DNA of 64,000 nucleotides from Utricularia gibba (Eukaryota > Plantae > Magnoliophyta). Position numbers and translations under genes: made by a program. Under the pieces are notes generated by a model. The model had not been told where the DNA came from. It searched no databases and saw only the letters and a program-made list of their open reading frames with translations. Within the stretch, counting starts at the first letter, position 1. Each line of letters begins with the position of its first letter. The stretch covers positions 3,382,357 to 3,446,356 of the forward strand of contig NEEC01000008.1 of assembly GCA_002189035.1 (NCBI GenBank), read 5' to 3'. Below are positions 53,283 to 64,000 of this stretch, one piece after another.

Positions 53283-54837
53283 AAAAGTCAACACTCAATA
53301 AGGGAAAATTTGTCGTACGGAAGCGAAATCGTCAACACACGAGTCAATGCGAGGTCTCGCGTCTGGGCTTGTTTAAAAGCCCACCACATCTGGGTCAATT
53401 GATGGGCCACGGCCCACGCACGAGTTTTAATCTTTATTTTATTAATTTTTTAAAAAATGAGGGCCCATTCTGTTTTCTAAATTTTCTGAATTATTTTATT
53501 TAATTTTTGAAAATTTTAATGTTTAACCATTCTGTAGTAAAATCAAAAAAAATTCAAATTCTGTAATTCAAGACATGATCCAATGCATGAAAGAGTTTGG
53601 ACACCATTTCGAGTGTTTTTTAAGAAAAAAAACACTAAAAAAAGGGGAGCAGGTTGGTACCCACTAAGGTACTACACGAAAATTGAATTCGAAAGAGGAG
53701 ACACGGGGAAACCAAAAGGACAATCTGTAAAAGGTGTCGGACACGGCAACATATGCAGTCGCATTCTCAACTTAACACCCTACACCAACTCTTCTGCAAA
53801 TTTGATCAATCCCGTTTTCATATTTTTTTAGATGCGATGTTCATGTCACAACATAAGTGTTCAGTTTCTTTTTCGGACTGCAATGTATAAGATTCGAGCC
53901 GAAGGAACACTAAACTTGCAGCAAGAATCAGTAATGGGGTTCTTGTGTATAAGAGAGGGAGTGACACATAATGAGAGGCCCATGCACACGTCGGTTTCCG
54001 GTTCTCTTTCCGGGCGGCTCTGCGGCGTCTGCTCCTCTGACTGAGTCTCCTCCGATCTCCCATTTCCCGCTGATCCATTCAATCAGTTCCCATTTCCATT
54101 TCCTCCCCAGTATAATTAAATAAATCTCCATGAAATCGGTCCCCACTTGCAGCAACCTTCTCATCATATATAGATACAACCAAGTTTTAAAATCGAAAAT
54201 AAAATGAATTATACAGAAGAAAGTATTATCCAGACAAGCACAGGGTTGAAATCTGAATCTGAGATGTGAGTTTGGAAAGAAAAATCCTAGGAAATAATAC
54301 AAATGAATGGCATTTTAGATTCTGAGGCTTGTTTGAGTGTTGTTGGGTAGCGTGTTTGAGTACAAAAGGATGGATAGGCGAGTTATGTCACTTTGGAAGT
54401 ATTCGCTTTATAATCTTTATTTATTTCCCAGTTGCAGCAAAAGGCTCCAAACCCGGTCGTCGCTTTTCAAAGAAAATGTCTTCCCGGCGGCGGGAGGTGA
54501 ATACAGTTAACTAAGTAACGAAACCAGAGGAACGGACGAAAGAGGGTAATAAGGAAGCTAAACTCGAATTAGGAACATGCACTAGATCTTGTATTTCAAT
54601 GGACAAAGGAGGCTTCTGTTTTCCTTGACTGTCTTGTTGTTCTGCCGCCTGTCTTTTGGTAAACAGAAGCCCAAACACAAAAAACATTCGAAGGAAGATC
54701 AGTGAAAACCCTCATGATTCACACACAGACAGACAAGAAAGAGAAAAACTCTTTCTTTTCAATCTCTGTATATAATCACTTTACTCGCATGCTGTTCCTC
54801 TATCAATCAGTCAAGCCTTCAGGCGTCACACAGCAGA

Positions 54838-57429
54838 ATGTCCACTTCTTCTTGTTTTCAACCCGAACAGCTCCCTACCCATCTCCAAGAGAAGCTCTGC
54901 TACGTCAAGTGCACTCTCTGCCAAACCGTCCTCGCGGTAAAGTGTAAACTCCCACCTTAAGATTCTGAGTAGAAGAGTGATAAATTTTTCCTGTCTCTTG
55001 ATGGCTTACGAGATATTCCCAGGTCAGTTAATTGATTTACTTCATAGGTGAGTGTTCCTTGTGTGAGCTTGTTGAAGACGGCGGCGGTTCGTTGCGGCCA
55101 TTGCAGCAACCTATTCTCTTTGAACATGCGGGGAGTTCTTCTTCCTGCTACTCCTAACAATCAGCTCCAGTTTGGGAACTCCTTCCTCACTCCTCACAAC
55201 ATTCCGGTAGAACTAGGGTTTTCAGAGCCCAGAGAAACCTTCACTTTCTTTTTTTATTAAAACAACTCCATTACAGGGGGATTTTCTCACTGCACCGGTG
55301 AACCAGCAGGGTATCCATCAGCAGATCCCCACCCACACGCCGACACCGTTCCGGGGAATCAACGACCAGCTTCCCAAGCCACCCTTGGTTCACAGACGTA
55401 AGCTTCTTTTCCGTTCTCCAGCCATGGCTAAACTTTAAGCTAAACGCACACTTACCGCTGTGATATCTACCTCATTGGCATGTGCTATCTGATGGTTCTT
55501 TCACCATCAAGACACTTCCCTTTATCAAAGCAGTTAATTGGTTCCCAGACAAGAAGATAAAAACTGCTCTTTTTTACTCATCAGCAGTTTTGCCCCATCC
55601 TCAGAAATGGGAGTTTCAATCCTATTCTTCTGATACCCAGATTGTTCATCAACACTTCAGCGTGTCATGACAGCCCTTACAGAAAAAAAAAACCCCTATA
55701 TTTGCTGTTTTTCTCACTAGGGGTTATTTTATGAAGGTGGAATCATAAAATAATGATGGAGAAATGATGGGAAGATGGTAATGACAGTAAACAGTGAAAC
55801 AATAAAAAAAGTGAAAAAAGACAGTGAATTTATTGCTCTTCATAATTTCTTCACTTGTCCCATTTTTTTTTTTTCTGTTTCAGCTCTGGAGAAACGACAA
55901 AGAGTGCCTTCTGCTTACAATCGCTTCATCAAGTAAGCTTCACTCTAACCCAGTTTTGTAACGATTTTCTGAATTCTAAATGAATGAATGTTCATGATAG
56001 GAGCACACTTAAGTGGTATGAAATTCCAAAACCCTAATTTCAAGTTTTTAGAATAATTCTCCAATAATAATTTAGTATCATTTATGCTAAAGAAATCGAA
56101 TGGATTCAGAAAAAACAGTAGAATGCTAAATCCCACCAAGTGTCCTGGGGTGTGGAATGGCAGCCTTAGGAGCGTCTTTTCAGGCTCCTTGATGCAATGA
56201 AAGCCCGAGTGTTGGGAGAGGAAAAAATTAGTGAAATACATCTTTATGTATTTTTATTTGCAAAATACATCCTTTTGTATTGAGTTAGGAAAATACATCA
56301 TTTTACATTAATTGCACCGGTCGACACTCGCCGCTGATCTCCGCCTTGTAATACTGAATCAAATCTCGGAGTTGGCTCACTTTCGTGAAGTAATGCACAC
56401 CGTAGACTTCGACTGACGGGTGCCTCTACGGCCCCCAAAGTTGAGAGAACTCCAGAGGAACATTTCGTGGTCATCCCAAAACCAATAGATTGCACGGCGT
56501 CGCCGGAGAACTTCGGCGGTGTACCTCACTTCCGAAGCAGACATACGGCTACTGACAGCGGTGAAATTCTACGACGCATAGTATAAAAGGCATGGGCAAC
56601 AGATCCAGGAAGCGACGAATCATCTCGTATGACGGACGTCGCAGGTCTGGCTTAAACATAAAGCCTGGCCGAAGAAGATGATAACCTTCAGCACCGCGTG
56701 GTGCTAGGCGGCAATGGTGGGGCCAGATTTCTGGACCGGCGGGTGAATGACGATGAACTTGGCGGACTTCATTCCAAATACGACGGAGTCAACAGCAATC
56801 GCAGTCGATTTAGTAAAATTATGTATTTTACTAACTTAATACAAGAAGATGTATTTTGCAAACAAAAAATGCAAAAAGATGTATATCACCAACTCAGCCG
56901 TTGGGAGAGAAAGGTTTCAGACAGGTGAACCCTAAAGGCGTCTGTTGACAAAAGAACCCTTTTTCGACTTTTTGCAGAGAGGAGATTCAACGAATCAAAG
57001 CTGGAAACCCAGATATCAGTCACAGAGAAGCTTTCAGCGCCGCTGCCAAAAACGTACGCCACCACTCCATTTAACAACAACAGTCGCCCTACTAAACCCT
57101 AGGGCTTCCTTTTCGTTTTCTCCTAACCCTGATTCGCCCTTTCCCGTGCTCATCTGTTCTAACCATGATTAGTTTGGAATATTCGTGTTCTTCTCCATTG
57201 TTGCTGCAGTGGGCTCATTTCCCTCACATTCAGTTCGGTGGCACGCCCGATCCGCCAGTGAAGAAGCCGGATGTCTGCCAACAGGTACCTATACATCTCG
57301 TAACAATGCGACTTCCGATCGATCGGTATCCGAATTATCCGACGTGCAAATGCTGTGCAGGATGGAGATGATGCGATGGCGAAAGGAGGTATCCTCGCCC
57401 CCGAAACCAACATCGGAATATCACCGTAG
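54838..57429 (+). CDS. FIL: YABBY transcription factor, FIL/YAB1-YAB3 clade
   Basis: Seven exons: 54838-54936, 55048-55206, 55277-55397, 55884-55932, 56978-57053, 57210-57284, 57361-57429. C2C2 finger [19 protein letters not shown]...VRCGHC; YABBY domain [45 protein letters not shown]; ends NIGISP*. Confidence 0.93.
56221..56899 (-). mobile_element. Pack-MULE copy A (non-autonomous Mutator-like) carrying an IRX15/DUF579 gene fragment, in YABBY intron 4
   Basis: Imperfect TIRs 56221-56306 and 56813-56899 with repeated AAATACAT motifs; exact 10 bp TSD GTTGGGAGAG at 56211-56220 and 56900-56909; interior is the reverse complement of copy B. Confidence 0.9.
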
Positions 57430-59608
57430 AAAATTTCGACTCGTGTTGTTGCTAATGTGGTTAGGGTTTCTTCTTAGTCAACTACCTTGTCAACTTCCCA
57501 TATCGTCCCTAATCAGACGTTTGTTTTGTCTCTCAAATTGCATAAGGATTGCGGGGAGTAAAAAGTTGAGGAGATTGGGCTGTTCCTTTTGGGCCAAGCC
57601 CAGAAATGGGTTAGCCCATGCACGTCAATCCATGTAATGATTTTAAATACATTTCACTTCATTGAATGCTTGGTTGATGAAGCAGGAAAAAATAAGTTTA
57701 ATTTATTTGAATTTAAGTAAATATGATGTATAAGAATTAGTTTTTTAGATTGTATTTAGTTAATATTAGTATAAATAATATTAAATAAAATAAAGTAAAG
57801 TGTAGTTTTACATAAACTATTGTATAAAGATTTTTTTTTAAAAAAAAAAACCTCATAATTCAAGTTTAATTTAAACACATGAAGTAAACATGGTACAATT
57901 TGGAATTTTACCTTTAAACCCCTATCACTACCATAAATCAAATATTACCATAGGGTAACTATGACTTTGGGATGAGAATTGGAAAGGAGGAAGAATCCTT
58001 TCATTTTTATTATAATAATGTTGCATTGAATTGAAGTTAGGTTATATAGCATAGACTAGTTGTTTAAGCATCAAAGTACAATGAACTAGTAACTAATTTA
58101 TTCTTGCCTACCGCTTACTAGTTTGCATTCCAACACTTTGTTTTTGTTACATATTCGTTTCATATTATTTGCAGCAAAATAACTAGTTAACTTAGCCAAG
58201 CGATAGCATCATGCGTTTAGAAAAGGCATCAAGTGTAACATTGCTAGCATTCATAGCGGATCAAGTCAATACAAACAATGTATCATTTTACCTTGATTAA
58301 AATATTGAAAAATCGAATCTGAGACTAATTTTACCATGGCCCGACCCATCGGTTATTGATGAAGAATAAGATGAGATTGATTAAAATGACTATTTAAATC
58401 TTGTACGAAGTCTTTTCTTAAATATGATGGAGTATTTTTATAGTAATTCTAAAATTAAATATGTTTGATCTAGAATAATCCAAGGATATATGATCTTATG
58501 GGAATGCAGAACAAAAATGAAAAAAAATGTAAAATTATGTAATATCGTGCAAGGTGGGTATAAGTCATTACATTAATAATCTAAAAATTATTGAAACGAA
58601 TTTTAAAAAGTTTTTGATTTAAAACGAACTAGATCTAATCTCAAATCTTAAAACATTGGGCATTGAAATGGACATGTCAATTTTTTATTTCAAAAATTTG
58701 AGTTTTTGTTTCTTTTTATTGAGATAATATAAAAGAATAAACAGATTTTATTTTTTTGCATCTTTATAAAAGACAATAATAATAAAAAAGAATTTATTAT
58801 TTTATATACAATTACATTTATGCCCCTGAAAATGTTTAAAGCGATGTGCACGTCCCTCCGAATTGACCAAAGAGTCCCCCCACCCTCCCGGCCCCAGCAC
58901 TCCTTTTATTGCCTTTTCTGGAGCTTTTACTCTGGTGCTCGAGCGACCGAAAGAGACGTTGAAATAAGTAATCATTTGGAAAATAAAAAATCATTATTTG
59001 AATTTTCCCTAAAATAAAAAATCAATTGTATTGTTTCTAATTTGACGCATTAAAAAACCACCCAATATTAATACAAATATTTGTTACTTAATTCAAATAA
59101 ATAATATAGTTAAATAATTCCCTTGATATTTTTAAATAACGAAAACCAAAACCAAGGCCTTCCCTTTCGCTTTCTTGCCGTCAGAATCGGAGAAGCACCA
59201 GGACAGCAGTGTGTAATTATCAGAATACCCCTGAGGCGATGCGCAGTGTGTTGCGGAGAGACCGAGGGGTAGTTTCGGGAGCCCGGGGGTTCGATTCTTC
59301 CTGCCAGTTCAGGGCTCCGATGCAGCGTTGGTCTCTGTAGAAAACTACAGTCGAAAAGCAACCATCTCCCTGGGGCAACGCCCCTTCCACGCGTGCACCC
59401 CACGACCCTTTTTCTTGAAAAATGAAGTTTGAATTCCAGAACGTTGCGGATTGGATTTGAAAGCCCAGTACTGTGGAGCAAGAAAAGATCCGGTGAGCCT
59501 GGGGGAGCGAGTGTTCGAAAAAAAATGGAGAGAATCGCGTGGGAGCACGGTAGAGAGATGCGTGTGGGCCTGCGAGGAGATAATGAAGAAGTCTAGCAGG
59601 AGGATAAG

Positions 59609-60295
59609 GGCTGAGTTGGTGATATACATCTTTTTGCATTTTTGTTTGCAAAATACATCTTATTGTATTAAGTTAGTAAAATACATAATTTTACTAAATC
59701 GACTGCGATTGCTGTTGACTCCGTCGCATTTGGAATGAAGTCCGCCAAGTTCATCGTCATTCACCCGCCGGTCCAGAAATCTGGCCCCACCATTGCCGCC
59801 TAGCACCACGCGGTGCTGAAGGTTATCATCTTCTTCGGCCAGGCTTTATGTTTAAGCCAGACCTGCGACGTCCGTCATACGAGATGATTCGTCGCTTCCT
59901 GGATCTGTTGCCCATGCCCTTTTATACTATGCGTCGTAGAATTTCACCGCTGTCAGTAGCCGTATGTCTGCTTCGGAAGTGAGGTACACCGCCGAAGTTC
60001 TCCGGCGACGCCCGCCGCCGTGCAATCTATTGGTTTTTGGGATGACCCACGAAATGTTCCTCTGGAGTTCTCTCAACTTTGGGGCCGTAGAGGCACCCGT
60101 CAGTCGAAGTCTACGGTGTGCATTACTTCACGAAAGTGAGCCAACTCCGAGATTTGATTCAGTATTACAAGGCGGAGATCAGCGGCGAGTGTCGACCGGT
60201 GCAATTAATGTAAAATGATGTATTTTACTAACTCAATACAAAAGGATGTATTTTGCAAATAAAAAATACATAAAGATGTATTTCACTAATTTTTC
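59609..60295 (+). mobile_element. Pack-MULE copy B carrying an IRX15/DUF579 gene fragment, 252 bp upstream of the GRAS ATG
   Basis: TIRs 59609-59694 and 60210-60295; exact 10 bp TSD GGAGGATAAG at 59599-59608 and 60296-60305. Interior encodes ALLYYAS*...[40 protein letters not shown] and [14 protein letters not shown]...GECRPVQ. Confidence 0.9.
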
Positions 60296-60547
60296 GGAGG
60301 ATAAGTGGGGAAGCCAGACAAACTTAGAAGGGCGAGGTGAAGAACAAGAACTTGGGTTTTTCACGGAAGGAAGCTTCTTTCTTTGTTTTTCTTACTTTTT
60401 TGATGTCGCACTCATCCACCCGATTTCTTCTGAATCTGCCATTGCAGGAAGGGTGCATGTTTATGTGGTGTTCTTGAGGTTCTTGCATTGTGGATGGTGT
60501 TTTCTGGGGTGTGGTCTTTGCTGTTTCGGTTGGAGTTTGATTTTTAG

Positions 60548-62685
60548 ATGAAGGGGATGCCCTTGCCCTTAGATTTTGAGGGGAAAGAGGTGTTGGACTT
60601 GGATTTGATCGTGAAAAATCGAACCTTTTTCTCGGACAGTGGCGGTGAGTTGTTGCAGCTGAGTAATTGCAGTGGTTTTGGTGAGCCTACGTCTGTGCTG
60701 GAGTCTGCTTCTACTCCGAGCAGACCCACATCGTCGTCAACACTGTCTTCATCTCTCGGCGAGGAGGGGGGAGCACCGTTGCCGGTAGTGCTTCTACTGA
60801 CACGGCGGCGAAATGGCAACGGGGCTCTACTGCTACAAGCTCCAATGCCGTTGGAAAAGCTCTTATCGCATCTCCCCGTTCTATGGAATTTGAAGGCGTC
60901 GGCTGTGGGGGGACGGAGAAATTTACGATGGAGGATTGGGAGAGCGTGCTGTCGGCGTCGACTGCGGTTTCTCCCAATCACGAAGAGTCCATTCTTCGGT
61001 GGATTATGGCTGACGCTGAAGACGCAGCTCTGGTTATGAACAAGGCTCCTCAGATTGGGGCCGGCGGCGTGTTTCCGGCGGCGGAGTTCGACTTTAGCAG
61101 TGGGTTCGCGGCTGTGCATCAGACGCCCACGCTTCCAGTCTTCCTCGATAACGACAGACCCAGTTCTCAAAGGATTTCTTCTTTGTCCCCTATCCTGATC
61201 AACCTACATGTTTCAAGTTTTCCCCCATTTCCCAAGGCATTCTTCATCCCTGTCCCGAAACGAAGCCCTCCATTTTAAATTCTCACATTCTGATCAATCA
61301 GCAGTCCCAAAATCCCTCCTTTTTCTTCCCCGTCCCATCCTCGGTGCAGCAAGAACAGAGCATCTTTGTCCACCCACCGGCGAAAAGACAAAACTTCGGT
61401 CGCTTCGCTGACGTCGGCCTTGACTCTGCCGGCCAGATCTCTAAAGGGCCTTTCATGGATTCTGGGCAACATACAGTGTTTCTTCAGCAGCAATTTTCCC
61501 CTCAGCTTCAGTTTCTTCCTAGTTGTCAACACCAATGGCAGAAGGAGAAGCCAAAGTTAACTGTTTGTGATGATTTCGGACAGCAGGCGACGAGTGATCT
61601 GCTTTACCAGGCGGCGGAGCTCGTCCAAACAGGGAACTTTGTACTCGCGCACGGGATATTGGCGCGGCTCAATCATCAGCTCTCTCCCAATGGAATTCCT
61701 TTCCAGAGGGCTGCTTTTTATTCCAAGGAGGCATTGCAGTTGCTCCTCCAATCCACCAGCAACAACGTCGATGATCCCTTGATGACGACGGTGAGGAAGA
61801 CGCCGCCATTTAGCATCATTTCTCGGATTGGAGCATACAAAGCCTTCTCTGAGATATCCCCACTTCTGCACTTCCAAAACTTGACTTCCAATCAAGCCAT
61901 TCTCGAGTCTCTGGAGGGGTTCAACCGGATCCACATTATCGACTTCGATATTGGTTATGGCGGACAGTGGGCTTCTCTTATCCAAGAACTTGCATTACGA
62001 AGTGGCCGATCTACTTCCATGAAGATCACTGCTATCGTCTCGCCATTGATCAACAATCACCTCGAACTCGGCTTGATCCGGGAAAACTTGACTCAGTTCG
62101 CGAATGATGTCAATATATCGTTCGAGTTCGAAGCTACGAGCATCGATTCATTGAGCTCTGGTTCATGGTCAGAGGCTGGCGCAGTTGCTGTGAATCTCCC
62201 AGTTGGATCCGTAGCCAATTATCAGTTCTCAATGCCTTTGATTCTCAGGTTGGTGAAGCAGCTACGGCCCAGAATCGTCGTCTCCACAGACCAAGGATGC
62301 GATCGGACTGATCTCTCGTTCCCTGACCATCTGATCCATGCTCTGCATTCCCTCACCACCGTATTGGACTCCATTTATGCTGCTAATCCCCATCTTGATA
62401 CCCTGCAGAAGATCGAAAGCTTCTTGATTCAACCGCACTCGAACGAATCGTGACGATTCCGTTCCCTGAAGAAGACTCAGCATTGGAGGTCCATGTTGTT
62501 GTCATCCGGCTCTCCCCGTGGCATTCAGCAACTTGGCAGAATCGCAGGCAGAGTGCGTCATCAACAGGACTCCGGTTCAGGGATTTCAGGTCGAAAAGAG
62601 GCAGTCGTCGCTGGTTCTTTGCTGGAGAGGGCAGGAGCTCACTGCTGTCTCCGCCTGGAGGTGCAGATTCCGATCAAGTCCGTGA
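60548..62685 (+). CDS. HAM: GRAS transcription factor, HAM/SCL6/SCL22/SCL27 clade; intronless, several apparent frameshifts (assembly errors or pseudogene)
   Basis: MPLPLDFEGK, EPTSVL...PTSSSTLSSSLG, MEDWESVLS...SILRWIM, LARLNHQLSP, IHIIDFDIGYGGQWASLIQEL, PRIVVS; the SAW motif (VSAWRC) lies in a shifted frame ending at TGA 62683-62685. Confidence 0.88.
61655..61675 (+). promoter_or_regulatory. miR171 target site in HAM CDS
   Basis: GATATTGGCGCGGCTCAATCA is the exact complement of canonical miR171 UGAUUGAGCCGCGCCAAUAUC. Confidence 0.95.
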
Positions 62686-63863
62686 TCATCGTCGTCTAAC
62701 GTGTGCCTGTTCATCGGTGGGGTTGCACTAACTCTTTCTTTGGCAATGTTTCGCTCCTTGTCGCTAAAGACACGTGTCCTTCTCTTTCGTGTTCGAAATT
62801 TATGCATTATTTTAGTTCACTTTTTTTCCAAAAATATGTTAATCGAAGGTGATACTATATTTATATATAACATATATTAACAACAAAATTAAATTTATAT
62901 GTATATGTATTCAAATTCAGGGGTTCGGTTTTGAATTATTTTGTTACTTAATGGTGTAATTAATTAAAATTGTGGTAATTAGCTTGAGGTAATTAATGAA
63001 GAGGTAACACCATCATGGCGCATGGGGACTACTCCTATTATACTGGGCCCCACACCCATCTAATTATTTTTTAATCCTACAAAAGTATAATATACATGAA
63101 ATTCATCCGGTCTCGTCCACTTATTTTGATGCTAATTAATGTACGGATTAGGTGTAAGTTCCTTTAATGCCCTTAATCCTCTTTTATTATGGAATGGATG
63201 GACATCATCTCCGTACCAATAAATACAAGTTGACACTAATACCCCTCGGTGCTCTACGCGGTGAAAGGCCTTGAACAAGAGCAATAACTGCGGGTTGACG
63301 AAGCTGGTGGCGAATAAGGTTAGATTTGGAATTGGATTCTTGGATGAAGTTTTGCTCTAAATGACAGACTTATCCTTGGGGTAGAGTGCATTGACGTGGG
63401 ACAAGGACACGACGCCACGAAGCGAGACATGTGGCAGAGAAAGGAGTCTCGCACATTCCGTGACTCTGCATCCTGTTTCCTTCAACGTCCGTCCCTGTCT
63501 CCATGGATTAAACAGATGGACAAACCAAGGAAGATTGATCCCTTCACAACACAACTCGAGACCAACAACGAAGGGAACAACACATGATGGTAAACTGTTT
63601 TCCACTGTTTAAACCCACTGTAAAAAGCCGTCAGACGGTAGATAAACCAAGTCAAAGGAGACACATTGATAGTGAATCACGATGTGAATCCTTTCTGTGC
63701 CACTTTTTACAAGATGCTAGTTATGAATTAACATGGATTCAGAAACAAAAAAGAGCATGACTTGAAAGTAAGAAAATTACCGTAGTCAGTAGAAAAAAAA
63801 CAATGAAGCAACAAACGGCGTTTTTACTGACAGTGGAAAGACCAATTCTCACGAGGTTCCAAC

Positions 63864-63971
63864 TCACCCCCTCTTGAGGAGATAGCCCGTGAGGATACCT
63901 ACCAACGCAACAAAGACAAGAAGCACAAAGGGTGGGCCCTTGCTTCTACGAGCTTGGCGTTGTAAAATCGC
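63864..63971 (-). CDS. VAP27: Terminal exon of a VAP27-type tail-anchored ER protein (remainder outside window)
   Basis: TTTGCAG acceptor, then AILQRQARRSKGPPFVLLVFVALVGILTGYLLKRG*: basic stretch, TM helix and short basic tail matching the VAP C-terminus pattern. Confidence 0.6.
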   Translation of the reverse strand, partial: AILQRQARRSKGPPFVLLVFVALVGILTGYLLKRG

Positions 63972-64000
63972 CTGCAAAGATGTAAGGAAATGATTTAGAA

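Noticed and set aside
59285-59306. tRNA-like T-arm/B-box GGGGGTTCGATTCTTCC followed by TGCCA
   Set aside because: No complementary acceptor stem, D-arm or A-box at the right spacing; no cloverleaf can be built.
59220-59651. 143 aa minus-strand ORF next to Pack-MULE copy B
   Set aside because: It starts within the TIR and crosses the TSD into flanking DNA; no protein-like motifs.
60544-61170. Long antisense and alternate-frame ORFs over GC-rich coding regions (also over BAHD, DUF247, NLR and CXE)
   Set aside because: Shadow ORFs expected opposite GC-rich CDS; no independent motifs.

Overview
Gene-dense plant nuclear DNA (eudicot; many introns only ~65-150 bp, roughly one gene per 3 kb, so probably a compact genome; species not determinable here). 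It holds 21 protein-coding loci, two of them cut by the window edges: mCSF1-like CRM protein (partial), LPEAT2, SOC1-like MADS box, CXE carboxylesterase, CLB/SYT7, BAHD malonyltransferase, TBL33-like, ARK kinesin, CML, a tandem double-DUF247 gene, a CC-NB-LRR, AHL, TBL2-like WD40, MLF-like protein, RPS13, a putative glycosyltransferase, EPSPS, MAP1A, SAUR, FIL-like YABBY, HAM-type GRAS and the last exon of a VAP. Three things stand out. (1) An intronless double-DUF247 gene sits head-to-head, 451 bp apart, with an NLR whose MHD motif is degenerate; this is a candidate non-canonical immune pair. (2) Two ~680 bp Pack-MULE copies with 86-87 bp TIRs and different 10 bp TSDs carry a captured IRX15-like fragment; they are inverted relative to each other, one in a YABBY intron and one just upstream of HAM. 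(3) Single-base deletions recur, mostly in short C/G runs, and break at least six genes; these are most likely consensus errors rather than true pseudogenes.
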